Counted from the stretch's first letter, positions 26,560-39,674 are shown. The stretch is 64,000 bases of DNA from Octopus sinensis (GCF_006345805.1 NC_042997.1:126790001-126854000), one strand, 5' to 3'. Numbers and translations are program-made. The notes: generated by a model not told the origin, from the sequence alone.

Positions 26560-26774
26560 TATTTCTTTATTACCCACAAGGGGCTAAACACAGAGGACAG
26601 ACATAGGTATTAAGTCGATTACATCGACCCCAGTGCGTAACTGGTACTTAATTTATCGACCCCGAAAGGATGAAAGGCAAAGTCTACCTCGGCGGAATTT
26701 GAACTCACAACGTAATGCAGACGAAATACCGCTAAGCATTTCGCCCGGCGTGCTAACGTTTCTGCCAGCTCACC
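26560..26774 (-). mobile_element. SINE family B with 15-bp TSD
   Basis: TSD TCTAGGGCAGGTACC at 26545-26559 and 26775-26789. Confidence 0.95.
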
Positions 26775-26799
26775 TCTAGGGCAGGTACCACTGGTTTCA

Positions 26800-27385
26800 T
26801 AACATATAATGTTATCTAACTTCTTTCTAGCACCCCTGTATACTCGAACCCTATCTTTCTGATCACATACAGAGAATTGCATGCGGTGCATGAAGTTCTA
26901 TACATGTTTCTTCGTTTCATAGGATTTACGTTGTGGGGACACGTTGTTCATTATCCTAACTAGGTCTGCTATCAGTATGTTAATTTTTATGTTGTGAGAC
27001 AAAGCTGAGTTCTTGTGAACAACATATGGATTTCATGTAATAAGAGTGGAGGAGTTGCATTCTGTTGTTCACCGTGTCTAACCAAAGTTCAGTATCAAGG
27101 ACGGGGAGTCTATTGTTGGGGTACCTAATGGGGTAATCTATAGTTACCTTGATTCTTTGCTGGATGGAGTTAGCTACTTGCTGGATGCTCTCCATTATGC
27201 TCTTCTCAGTTTCTACATTACTGTTACTAGAGTTGGTCTTAACTATGATATTAATGTCATCTACATACCTACTGTAAAGTAGAAGAGTTGTGGACCAATC
27301 TGATAAGGATTGCTTAAGTTTTCTGTCCCACCATGTCATGAAGAGGGCCGACCACATCTCCAGCTACACCGACACCAATGGCTGC
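26800..27385 (-). mobile_element. Penelope-like element RT fragment
   Basis: AIGVGVAG, LYSRYVDDINII, IKVTIDYP...RLPVLD and HSYYMK, which are PLE RT motifs. Confidence 0.8.
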
Positions 27386-28149
27386 ATATAATTATATATA
27401 TTTTTCAGCTGGAAAAAAGGGAAGAGACATTGGCACATATATATATTTACAGTTGATATTCTCAGTGGTTCTCTTAAGATACCCAGACTTCTCTCGATAT
27501 GGTTGTAACTGAAAACCTGATAATTGCTCTCAGTTTGACATCTGCATCGGTCCTTGATAAACTATATTGATTGAAATGCGCCACTGTGAAGCAATGCAGC
27601 TTGATGCACAATACCCGTTGCCAGCAGCTATTAACATTAGTAGCCTCATCGTTTGGTCAAATAATTCACAACTTTAATTTAATTGTTAAATATTTCAAGA
27701 AGATATATTAATTATTTATGAATTATTTGTATCATGTATTAAACACAAATTAGTTTCACGAGATTTAGAAGAATTAGTAGCTTTCCAAATACCTAGATGT
27801 ACGCAGCTGTAATTTCATTTAATTAACACGATTTTTTGAAGTTCATTAGAGTTATATTATTTTAATATAACAAAACATTTTAGAATCAATATTGTAATGA
27901 GATCGGTTTTAATTAACAGACTTCATAAGAATCAATTTAAAAGTAAGAAACTTTTATTGTAAATACAATATATATCTGAGACAGATAATTGTCATCAATT
28001 CAACATGATTTTTGTAGTGGTGCATTGTTCTTATTGGCATAATTCATGTAAATAAATAGGTGCCATGAGGAACTTCGGTCCGCCTTTTTAAACAATAGCA
28101 ACGTGCTTATATTGAATTCTAACAATAGTGAAACGTAATCTTTATTTTT

Positions 28150-28480
28150 TAACTGTCACTTGTTTCATCCATTGGACTGTGGTCATGCTGGGGCGCCGTC
28201 TTGAAGGGTTTAGTCGAACCAATCGACCGCAGTATTTATTTTAAAAGCTGGCGCTTATCATACCGGTTTCAGTCGCCGAACATCTGATTTAAGGGGTTCA
28301 TAAACAAACCAACACCGGTTGTCAATCATCGGGGAGGAAGAAACAAATTCATACATACGCGCGCGTATACACACATTCTCACATACACACACACGCGCAG
28401 GCGGGCGCGCAGTAAACTTCCACGTAGTTTCCGCGCACCAGTTTCATTCACAAGGCATTGATCGATCCGGAGCTATAGTA
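28150..28480 (-). mobile_element. Diverged SINE family A, interrupted by mariner
   Basis: Tail and body segments match family A. Confidence 0.7.
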
Positions 28481-29045
28481 TTGGGTTGTCCGGAAAGTTC
28501 GTGCCGATTTATAGTAGCTTAACTTTCGACTTATTTTAGAACATGGTTGAGTCCATAAAATAGGATTTGACTACACCTCCATTTAGAGCACAGTTTAAGC
28601 TACCTTTTCGTGGAAGAAGGTTTATGTTCCTCTAATCTGTGTTAATTCTGTAACTCTTTAAAATGGAAGATAAGAAAGTTCATTTTCGGCACTTGATGCT
28701 TGGGAACTAAACAAAAATTGTTGCAGCTCGGTTGGGATGTGTTACCCCACCTTCCATATTCACCAGATATTGCTCCTTCGGATTTCCACTTATTCAGATC
28801 TCTACAGAATAGTCTTAATGGTAAAAATTTCAATTCTTTGGATGACGTAACAACATACCTTGATGAATTCTTTGCCATGAAACCACCTCAATTCTGGGAA
28901 GAGGGTATTTTCAAGTAAAAGGAAAGATGGAGACGCATTGTGCAATAAAATGGTTCATATTTGGTTGATTAAGAATGTAATGGCAAGTATTTATTGACCT
29001 TTTTCTTTCCTTTAAAAATCGGTACGAACTTTCCGGACAATCCAA
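28481..29045 (+). mobile_element. Internally deleted mariner element
   Basis: TA TSD and TIR TTGG(G/A)TTGTCCGGAAAGTTCGT(G/A)CCGATTT. MEDKKVHFRHLM is fused to LPHLPYSPDIAPSDFHLFRSL. Confidence 0.92.
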
Positions 29046-29284
29046 TAGAATTCACTTATCACTGTTGAGTGGTAATTTATTTCATTGTTTTCCGGGAATG
29101 TTCAAAGGCAAAATTAATCTCGAAATTATTTGAAATCAGAATGTAAATTGTCGTAATTAAATACTGCAAGGCATTTTGTTTGGTTCCTTAATTTGTTAAT
29201 CTAATTTAGAGTCGACCAATCCAGCGTCTTGTGATTTCGTATAATAACCTTCTTAGCGAAGGTTATTATTATTATTGTGATTTC

Positions 29285-29675
29285 GTATAATAACCGTCTT
29301 AGCGAAGGCGGAGGTATTGTTTTTAGTCGCGTTTGTTTGTTTGTTTGTTTGTTTGCCTGTCCGTGGACAAGATATCTCAAGAATCGCTGGATGGATTCGG
29401 ACGAAACTTTCAGGGATACTTTGCTTCGTGATTGGCACAAACTAATTAGATTTTGGGATTGATCGGGTACCAGACAAGGATTCTGGATTATTTTTTCCGT
29501 TTTTTTTTTTACTTAATTTTTGAGAGCAGTCAAGTTCATTTTTAGTATTCTCGTTTGTGAGAGCAATCGAGTTTATTTCAGATATTCTCATTCTAAAAAC
29601 CATCTCCGGCTAATCGTTTAAGGACGTTGGTGTTGCCTTGATGGAGGTTTGTGCTCTCTGAGTGTTCTTGTTAAC
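29285..29675 (+). mobile_element. HINE/DINE-1-like non-autonomous Helentron-type element
   Basis: 5' TAACC..CTTAGCGAAGGCGGAGGT, a (GTTT)n/GTCC microsatellite, GATATCTCAAGAA..GCTGGATGGATT, and 3' GGAGGTTTGTGCTCTCTGAGTG. Confidence 0.7.
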
Positions 29676-29747
29676 AAATGTGTTATTAACTTGTATTGCT
29701 TAGCTCAGGTTTTACCCTATCGTTGGTGTCCTGTATCCTACAATCTG

Positions 29748-29995
29748 AATGCTTGCGGTCCAGTGTTTAGGGTGTTGAACTCATAATCATAAGGTAGTGG
29801 TTTCGATTTCAGATCGCATAATGTGCTGTGTTCTTGAGCAAAACACTTCATTCTACGTTGTTCCAGTCCACTCTGCTGAAAATGAGATCCAACAACAACT
29901 GGGTTGGGATTAACTCTGTAGCGAGCTGGTCTCGGTCGCTTATACACCTTGGAAACCTAAATAAGTTCTGCCCACATGAAGCTGTTGGCTCACGA
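29748..29995 (+). mobile_element. Old tRNA-derived SINE
   Basis: Degenerate A and B boxes followed by TGTGTTCTTGAGCAAAACACTT. Confidence 0.5.
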
Positions 29996-30366
29996 TACAT
30001 CTAAGACCAAAGCTATTCGACCATAATCTTCAGATGGTGGACTCCTACTCTTCTCCACACCAATCTTCTTCCTATTTCACGCTCCCTTATCAATCTCAAC
30101 ACTCGTCACAACCCTCTCTTTTATTCGCTATCTTCTACTGCCAGCATTACTAAAGTTCGCAGTATGGGAGTACACCATATCATCAGCTTTTCTGTGCTAC
30201 TTGTCATTACTCTCTCTTCTTCGAGCCACTGACACCCATCACTTACACTTACCTTTGTGTACATCTAATACTATCCATCACTACCTACCACCCTTCATCT
30301 CTATCACTCGGGTTTTTCCCATAATACTCTTGTTACCTCTAGTGACTCATCCTGGTCCTTACAACA

Positions 30367-30408
<42 letters not shown>

Positions 30409-31329
30409 TTTCGCTGTCTTGCAGCCAACCTCTCAGTGACTTTCTTTGAGCGAACGAACGCATGATAAAGTTGTGATGACTCGCAAGATAATAAGGTCAC
30501 TGGTGTTTCTGTATCAAGTACTCTCTATAAAATAGTTAGCGAAGGACCAGAGTTAACTTAATTTTGAGAGTATCCTTAAGTCTTGTTCAGGGCATAGCAA
30601 AATCTCCAGTGCTGGTGCTACAATAAAATACACTCAGTGCACTTTGTAAAATGTTATGAGGGCAGTAACTCCGAATTGGAAATGGTTCAGACAATAGCAT
30701 TACGCCCAGCCAGTGCTAATACAGAAAGTGTTGTAAAATGATGATTGAGATGATATAGCACTTTGTAGAATATACATTATTTCTTAGAGTTTCGTACCCA
30801 GTTAATTTATTAGACATCCATCAAATAATAACTTGGCTAATCAACTTCAAATGCTTGTTTGCTCATTTCTCAACTGATTCTCGCAGTAGTAATAAAAACC
30901 TTTGTATTATTGTAAAAGAACATTTCTGCCTGAAGATCAGTCACGAGAAACTAGGAATAACGGATTGTGGAGTTTTTTTTATCTTCAATATAACACTACA
31001 TATAACTTTGCATTTGGTATTCGAGTGCTATTTTCTTCACTTTACTTAGCACTTATGTGCTCGAACGAGTGTGTGCGTGCGCGTGTATCGCTCATTCTCT
31101 AAGTTGGAGCTCAATTCACAAGTGGTTGAATAAAAAACTGAAAATTGAACTGTATCTCCTGAAATTTTCAGCTAAGAATACATCCTCATACCATCAAGCA
31201 GTGTTTGAAAAACCTAAGATCTTTTTTTTTTTTTCACTCAGGAGGATTTTATTCATAGAAAAAGAATGCGAGTATAATTCTTCGATGCGGAGCTGCAGCA
31301 GAATAACGCAGATACTAAGTATGAATTCA

Positions 31330-31800
31330 AACTAAGAAAAACCCTCGAGCCATTAAGAATCTAGAACCTTTTGAAAATGACCTCTTCCATTTCATAAGAA
31401 GAATTAAATTCTAGAAATTTGATAACAACGTCCAGTGGCCACTTAATGATATCTCACAGTTTGTTTGGAATTTCAGGAAAATCTTCATCCTGTTAAACAA
31501 GATAAGGAACCTCTATACTGGCGACAATGAGTTAAATAATAGATTCCTTTCAAACAGTTTCACGGATGCAAACAAGAAAGCAAATCCAAAGATATCGCCA
31601 CTGATCTAAACATGAGCGGTGGAGTGGAATATCTTCCTTACGTAAATCTTTTATTACATTCAATGACCACAAAGTTAATTTTAGTAATAACATAAATTTA
31701 GATTAATTAGCACCGCCTAAACGGAAAGAGGAATAATTTGTAAGCATATTTCAGTTACTACCTTACTTAAAATAAGGAATGTTATGGAGATCTATTTATG
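31330..31800 (+). mobile_element. Degraded Penelope-like element ORF fragment
   Basis: LEPFENDLFHFIRRIKF and ITFNDHKVNF, similar to the PLE ITLKDHK motif. Confidence 0.55.
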
Positions 31801-32069
31801 GGACAAATGCGTTCTTTCTCAGAGTCGTTGTTGTAGCCATAATGCTCTGTTGATCTGATGAGCTAAACTTCTTTATTTGCATAGATTGGTGAAAATAAAA
31901 TGGTATCGTATAATGCCGAGCATGCGCATTAATGCAAGCATGTAAGCACAATTTCTTCCGAGCTGAAATAAATATTACGTGAATAAGGTTGCGTTAATGC
32001 TCATAATCCTAAGAATTTCACATGGTTAAATAAATATATATTCATCCTTCATACTTTCTGACTTTTATG

Positions 32070-32495
32070 GTGTATGTATGTATGTACGTACGTATGTATG
32101 TATGTATGTATGTATGTATGTATGTATGTATGTATGTATGTATGTATGTATGTATGTATATATGTATGTATGTATTTATGTATGTATATATGTATGTATT
32201 TATGTATGTATGTATGTACGTTTGTATGTATGTATGTATGTATGTATTTATGTATGTATGTATGTATGTATTTATGTATGTATGTATGTATGTTTGTATG
32301 TATGTATGTACGTATGTATGTATTTATGTATGTATGTATGTATGTATGTATTTATGTATATATGTATGTATGTATGTTTGTTTGTATGTATGTATGTATG
32401 TATGTATGTATGTTATGTATGTATGTATGTATGTATGTATGTATTATGTATGTATGTATGTATGTATGTATGTATGTATGTATGTATGTATGCAT
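32070..32495. repeat. (TATG)n microsatellite
   Basis: About 425 bp. Confidence 0.95.
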
Positions 32496-32498
32496 GCA

Positions 32499-35400
32499 CT
32501 AGCTGACGTACCCAGTAATTCCCGGAAAAAGCGGGGCTTATCCCTTGGTTCCGTTCTCATAATTGTTTCGCTAATACAATAACAATACAAATCATATAGC
32601 CCTCAAAACGGTTTTTGTGCATTTACGGAGAATACCGAACTGTCTTACAAAGGATCTTGTATTTAGGAATTCCCAATAAGTTATGAATACCTAAATTGTG
32701 AAGTCAGTTATGTAATAACACGATATTAATTACTCGATAGTAAGAGTTCAAATAAAGTAGCCCCGAAAAGGACTTTATTGTGTTCCCAGAGTATATAGAA
32801 CTTAGGAAGAAATGCCAATCGTGAAGCATGTTACGTAATAACAGGCTAATCAGATATGAGATATTAACAATTCAATGTAAATAACTCTGAAAAGGGCTTT
32901 TGTGCATTCCCAGATAATATTACCCTCATTTAGAATGAATGTAGAAACAGACTGACATTTAGTTTTACAGTAGACATACAAATAAATTTGCATATAGATT
33001 TTAAAATAAAATAACATGTCGATTATTAATTCATTTACAACACTTACAGTTAAATAATAAATACCTGATGATTTGGTGAATCTTATTAAGTCTGCAGAGA
33101 TTCTTGATAAACAATATTTTTGGTCTTTCCTTGTGGGGCATAATAAACAAATGATTAGGATTGCCGACGCTTGAGCAACCCACATGAAGTTGACCATGGG
33201 AGACAACTGGTTCCACAAGGTTCAGATTTATGGCATCCAAGGACTGTCCCTGGGCGTTGTTAATGCTCATTGCAAAGCTCAGTTTCAACGGGAATTGCAG
33301 GCGCTTGTTCTGGAAAGGCATATCCAAGGGAATAAGTGGAATTCTATGAATGTATATAGGCTCACCGCTAGCTTTACCAGTTAAAATTGTTGTCTCCAAG
33401 ATTATTGGCATCATCTTCTTTATTATAAGTCGTCTGTCATTGCAAATCTTTGGTGGATCGAGGTTTCGAAGTAGCATAGCAGGTGCCCCAATCTTGAGGT
33501 GCAAGTTGTGAGGTGGGAGGTCAGGTGGTGTTAGACTATTCAAGAATTCAGCTAGATAATTCACAGCTTCATCAATGGAATTGTAGAGGTGACGCTCACC
33601 TGGCAACTGTTCTAGAAGTTTAAAGTTCAAATGATCAACTCCCATATTCTTTGAAGCTAAAATGGCATGGGTTTTCAGCCAGTTGTGGTATGTAAACTGG
33701 TTCCTCAGGTTAGGAAAAACCTTGTTCATTAGTTTCTTTAAATCAGATACCATATGTCCAAAAGGCAAACTTACACGGCCAAACTTCTCGCCAACCGAAG
33801 TGCCATTACCAACAATTGCTTTGAAAAGGTTCTGTCTGCATTATCACCACTGAGCTGCACTTTCATGTTGGTGGTGTGTCTTAGCTTTTGCACGCTGCTC
33901 CATAGGTAGGACGATTTTATGCTGGCATTTACTTCATCAGCTCTTGTCCTCTTTGGAACCACCGGAAGGGTTTGTCTAAAATCTCCTGCAAGCAAGACTG
34001 TGGCACCTCCCATGAGCCTGGCGTTGTGTCTCAGATCCTGAAGGGACATGCCAAGAGCTTCAAAGAAAACCTTATGGCTCATTGTCGCTTCATTCCAGAT
34101 GATCAATCTGCATTCACCCAGAAGTTTGCCTTTTATAGAACCACGACTGATGTTGCAGTTTGCCTTCTCTTTCTTGGACAGGTCCAAAGGGAGTTTGAGA
34201 CAGGAATGAGCTGTGTGGTCACCACTTAGCAGAGTTGCAGCTATTCCACTTGACGCCACTGCTATGACAATGTATTTCATTTGGCGCAGTTTAGCGAGAA
34301 GAACGTTGATGACATGTTTTTCCAGTTCCACCTGGAGCATCCAGAAAGTAAAGACCTCCTCTTTCATTTTCAATGCTCGAAATAATGGTGTTACACCCAG
34401 TTGGTCCTCCATCAGTTTGTGTTCTTTATCAGCTATATACGCCGTCATTTCATCGATGTCATAGCTGATTTCTCGCAGGTACTCAATTGCCAGATTTCTT
34501 ACTGCCTACTCCGGTTGAGGCAGACTAAATGTGGAATTGCCTTGACCTCCCATAGCTTGCATTCGGGTGTCCAGGTCACTTAATGTCTCATTGTAAATGG
34601 TGTTATTGAAGGTGGCAAATTCTTTTTAGATGTCCTCTGCCATGCTGGTTTTGTGGATCACCCAAAACTTGTGAGGTTCATGAAAGCCACATGTCATCAA
34701 CATGATAGAAAATAGCAGGCGCAGTTGACTTAGTGCTGTGCTGACTACAGTCTCCTCCAGTCTGGTCCCAGTGAGCATCCTCCTCCAATAGTCCATGTTT
34801 GGCACATGCTTCTCTATAGGTCGTGCAGACTTCCCGTTGTCTTCGAAAGTCTGTGAATGATGTAGGTCCTCTGACAGTGTGTAGCAGTAGATGCAGAAAG
34901 AAACACTCCTGATGATCAGGAAGCACAGTGTACACCCGCCCGATGACCCCACTTCTGACGACAGCATCTTATTTCCAGCCCTCAATGCGTGTTCCTTGCT
35001 TGCTTCTGTTCCATCTATTGTGTACCCAGGGGACCTCTACGTATTGTGTACACGGGGACCTCTACGTACAACAGTGTTTGGGCAAACAGATCACATTGGT
35101 ATAATTTGAAGAAAGCTGTCAAAGTGGTTTCTCATGGATTCAGAACTACGTTTCGAGCATTGATTTCTGTGAAATATACACGCTGGCCATTTTCAAGATG
35201 TACAGATAGATTTTAAGAAGGTGTTCCTACATGTAGACAGGGTGTGACCTTTGTGTTGACAGTGCATTTGTCTAAAGGCAGAACAGTTCTTCATGCAGCA
35301 CTTGTCAATTGACTGAAGTGACATGAAAGGCATCGTCATTCTTGGTATATTCGTGAATAAGTCACTAACTGAAATAAGTGGATCTATTGTTTAGGAAAAT

Positions 35401-35740
35401 ACTATTTACTTGTTAAGGGTTGCACTGGATAAATTGCGAAAATAACTCTAACAGTTCAAATACTAAAACGTAAGCATACACAATTTCATTTATACCAAAT
35501 AATATAGGAAACTGAATGGGTTATTTACCTTGGCTGCTAAAATTAAATATATTAGTTATATATAAAGATCCCTTCCAGGGACCCTATTATCGATTTTTTC
35601 CACACTCTGAGTATCCCATGAGGTTTCCCGATATGAGTTCTACTCACGAGTCAAGGTTCATCAAAATCGATAAAACGATGTAGGAGGAGTTAGCTAACAA
35701 CTCTGCAAACAAACACACCCACAGACAGAATTTCCCACAT
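32499..35740 (-). mobile_element. Helitron with degraded RepHel (PIF1-like helicase), internally deleted
   Basis: VASSGIAATLL, LIIWNEATM, LAGDFRQTLPV, MLLRNLDP, RLQFPLKLSFAMSINNAQGQSL, HGQLHV and LLLHTVRGPTSF..TYREAC. The 3' end on the minus strand is a short hairpin followed by CTAG at 32499-32502. Confidence 0.92.
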
Positions 35741-35827
35741 ATGTATGTATGCATTTATGTATGTATGTATGTATGTATGTATGTATGTATGTATGTATGT
35801 ATGTATGTATGTATGTATGTATGTATG

Positions 35828-35859
<32 letters not shown>

Positions 35860-35886
35860 TGTATGTATGTATGTATGTATGTATAT

Positions 35887-36045
35887 ATGTCTCTTTTATT
35901 TTTTAATCGTCCACTGTGGAGGGAGCCAGTTTCCAACAAAGGCACGAGGTTCCATCTTCGGTGTGTAGTTAACACAAATTCACTTTTGGAACTTGAGAAA
36001 AGTCTTGCACATTTTTACTGTTCCATTCACAGACTGCACTTATGT
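35887..36045 (-). mobile_element. 3' end of an R4-clade LINE abutting (CATA)n, copy 1 of a tandem duplicate
   Basis: Minus strand QSVNGTVKMCKTFLKFQK* followed by a 3'UTR. Similar to ITGTVKICNTF at about 3360. Confidence 0.7.
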
Positions 36046-36180
36046 ATGTATGTATGTAGTATGTATGTATGTATGTATGTATGTATGTGTATGTATGTAT
36101 GTATGTATGTAATGTATGTATGTATGTTGTATGTATGTATGTATGTATGTATGTATGTATGTATATGTATGTATGTATAT

Positions 36181-36339
36181 ATGTCTCTTTTATTTTTTAA
36201 TCGTCCACTGTGGAGGGAGCCAGTTTCCAACAAAGGCACGAGGTTCCATCTTCGGTGTGTAGTTAACACAAATTCACTTTTGGAACTTGAGAAAAGTCTT
36301 GCACATTTTTACTGTTCCATTCACAGACTGCACTTATGT
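36181..36339 (-). mobile_element. 3' end of an R4-clade LINE, copy 2
   Basis: Apparently identical to 35887-36045, offset 294 bp. Confidence 0.7.
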
Positions 36340-36404
36340 ATGTATGTAGTATGTATGTATGTATGTATGTATGTATGTATGTATGTATGTATGTATGTAT
36401 GTAT

Positions 36405-36505
36405 GTCATTGCTCAGCTTTATTTCAAGGGTTCTTGCCAATAGAGAAAGAGGCGAGTTCTAACCTAGATCCAAGGCTCCATTGGAATTTCAACATCAACG
36501 ACAGG
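36405..36505 (-). mobile_element. 3'UTR fragment of the R4-clade family seen at 3945-4050
   Basis: Reverse complement of CTGTTGTTGATGTTGAAATT..GGAGCCTTGGATCTAG..TTGAAATAAA..AATGAC followed by (ATAC)n. Confidence 0.75.
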
Positions 36506-36549
36506 ATCTTTTCGTATGTATGTATAAAATTTTTTAAAAAAGATATGGG

Positions 36550-37160
36550 ACCTTGGTGAGTGTGTGTGCTCCAACTATGTGCTCTGCTGATGACGAAAAA
36601 GTTTCTTTCTCCCATGCTTTGAAGGGCATTATAAGAAATATCCCTCGGGTAGACAAAGTCATCGTACTGGGTGACTTTAATGCTAGAGTGGGTAGGGATT
36701 TTAACACATGGACTGTAATTGGGAAGCATGGGGTAGAAAAGTGTAATAGTGATGGTATGCTTCTGTTGCAGAGGTGCGAAGAGCTGCGTCCGTGTGTTAC
36801 CAATACCACGTTTCAACAAAAACCACATGGATGCCCCCTGCATCTAAAGAATGGCATATTCTGGATTACATCCTTGTTAAGATGCGTGACAGATGAGATG
36901 TGCAGTATGTTCGTGTTCTTCGCGGGGCTGAGTGTTGGACTGACCACCGCCTGGTACGTGCCAAAATGAAATTAATCACAAAACGTAAAATCCGGGCTAC
37001 AGGTATTACCCTGCCTGAAAGACTGAATGTTGCTCGTCTTAGGTGTAATAGCGTGAAGAGAACTTTACGAGAGGAAATGAATGTTGCAGATATTGGGGAG
37101 GATTGGCCGACCCTTAGAAAATCAGTTTATTATATAGGTAGGAAAGTTTTGGGATTGATA
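36550..37160 (+). mobile_element. RTE (BovB-like) LINE AP-endonuclease fragment
   Basis: SVCAPTM, IVLGDFNARVG, VTNTTFQ, WHILDYIL and ECWTDHRLVR. Confidence 0.9.
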
Positions 37161-37273
37161 CAAGTTTTGGGATTTATTTAGTTAGAGTGTTATTTTCTCA
37201 ACCTTGATTTGAGAAAATAGCACCACTTTCTGAACCTTGCTTTTTTTTATAGGAAAAGGGAGGGAGAAGAAAA

Positions 37274-37335
<62 letters not shown>

Positions 37336-37709
37336 GAGAGTGAGTGAGGTTAAAAAGTAGGGTCGAGAGGAAGAAAGCTTTGGAACATCATCATATTTTA
37401 TATAAGTTAGAAACTGGCAGAGACAAAACATTATGAACATTATGTGGTTGGTGCAGAAACACAAGTATATATGCAAAGTAAACATTTCTGTACATGGCCT
37501 CGATTAAACAAAACAAAAATAAGAAACAGAGAGATAGAGAAATACACATAGGCGCATATACACTCACACGCAGGCCTTGTCGCTTCAGTTCGACCGCTTG
37601 GCGTTTTGATGATAATAAAAATATTAACGTGAACAAGAAGAAACTTTTTGAAATTTTGCGACTTCTTTTTATTTCTTAAGATGGAACCTTTACAAAATAA
37701 TATATTCAC

Positions 37710-38143
37710 GGATCTTTTCGGTTTGAACGGCAGTTTTTTTCTAGCGGTGTCATATGAAATTGTCTCCCATAATTATGACCCTAGTATCGATCTATTGCAT
37801 TTCAATCTGTTTTAGGGTTAGGGTTAGTTAGGGTTAGGGTTTGGGGTGGGAGGAAGGGTATCTTTTTTTCTTCACAAATGTAAATAAACCCAATCTGTTT
37901 CTTAAACGAGGGACATATTCATACGGCACAGAATGTTTTATACCTGAATAGACGTCAGTGATTGGTTGAAATTTCAGAAATTGAAGAAAAAAAACAACAA
38001 ATATCTTACAAACTATATAATTTTCTCAATAAAGCCAAGAGAAAAAGATGTTTTATAAACACATTCTACCAGTATACGAAGTTTTAAATTCTTTAGTTAC
38101 CTAGAAATTATGTTAAAAACTGTCGTTCAAACCGAAAAGATCC
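37710..38143. mobile_element. MITE with 29-bp TIRs, an imperfect 8-bp TSD and internal TTAGGG repeats (Merlin-like)
   Basis: TIR GGATCTTTTCGGTTTGAACG(G/A)CAGTTTTT. Flanks ATATTCAC and AAATTCAC. Confidence 0.85.
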
Positions 38144-39105
38144 AAATTCACTTCTGTTGAGAAGCAAAGGTTACAACAATCGTTACTCTATTTGTAAGGC
38201 TTTGAATGTTGTAATCCCGTCCGAATAATTTCATAATTTTGAACATTGTCACTTTTCGACGATATTTTGATAATACGTGTGTCCCCAGACCTTAACAGAT
38301 TTCTAAAAGAATGTTGATTCTGATTAAATCATCTTTTAAATTCATTTCTATTCAATCTTCAAAAACTGAATTATTATCTGTAAATACTTTTTTCCCAATA
38401 AGTTATTGAATTTGAAAGATATCAATTACTTAATTGGCAATCTGCTGGGTAAAGATAGTTATACGAGTCAAGATAGTTACACTAGTTTTTAATAATTTTG
38501 CTATTGACGTAAGCTAAATCTTTGACGAAACTACATTAATACTGAAACTACATTAAACGATATTTTCGTTAAAAATTCTAAAATTATCATCATTCGGAGA
38601 GTATTTATTTAATAAGTAAATGAATTGTTTAGCGATACATGTACTTACGTGGAGACTGAATGGCGAATTTGAAGAAATAATTTCACGTTTTCCATTTTAT
38701 GTGTCTGAGAAATAAAATTTTTCATATAACTAGTTCCGTCTTTAAACCTATTTAGTTTTATCGCTTCGTTGTAATAATATGATATTATTTAGAAGTAAGA
38801 TCATTCGGATGAAATACTGGATAACCGTATACTAACGTATTTCATTAAATAATTGATTCTGGCAGACAGATGTTTTGAGATTTATTAACGTAATTAAAGT
38901 AATTTTTCCCTTGTTTCTTGAAAGGTAAGAATTTATTGGGTTTTAGATCTTGAAAATTAGTTATATTTAACGGTGTTTCCACCATAATATTTAGGTTTCA
39001 GTCATTAAATAATTCAAATAGATCTTTTAGGAATTTATCTAAAAGATGGGTATTCATTTCCTGTGTAAGAATTATAGTAGAAATACTGTAATCCGAAAAT
39101 TACCT

Positions 39106-39300
39106 ACCATTTCTCCAGAATGGTCGGTAATCCAAAAGGAAAAGATCAGGTAATAATTACTACACCATCACGATATAAAACATTTTGAATGATTAAACTC
39201 ATTGTTTAACAAAGACCATCAAAATCGAAAATATCCACGAAGTCCAAGCTTCTCATCGTAACACCAAAAGAATTATCATAAATGTTATCAAAAGCATATT
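39106..39300 (-). pseudogene. Possible decayed TM6-TM7-like exon
   Basis: MLLITFMIILLVLR*EAWTSWIFSILMVF... with several stops and a GTAGGT donor. Speculative. Confidence 0.2.
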
Positions 39301-39674
39301 TGCATAGAAAGAAAATAATAAATGAATGCGGAGAACTTAAGGAAAATTGGACTATTTAGTCTTGTCGAGGCGAGACACAAGTTATGGCGGTGGCAACTGC
39401 CTATGTCCAACCACGTGAGCCTGAGAAAAAAAAAATGATCTGATGTCGCTTTCAAACTAATAATACCACGAGATCAGAGTCAACACATAAAGGCCTAATA
39501 TCTAGAACAGATCTTGAATTTGTCTCATTTCCTGTTACTTGATCTCCAAATGCCTAACGAGCTAGGTTCGGTCTACGAAGCTTTAAGTTGCACGGAGCCG
39601 AGTCGAAGCGCTATTAATAATACATGTAACTCCTATCAAATGTATTGTGTGTCACTCTCGTTTGTCCACCCACT

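Noticed and set aside
32067-32582. MYVC-repeat ORFs (also 35749-36462)
   Set aside because: (TATG)n artefacts.
33031-34448. Host PIF1 helicase gene
   Set aside because: Intronless, frameshifted, adjacent to Helitron RepHel motifs and a Helitron 3' terminus.
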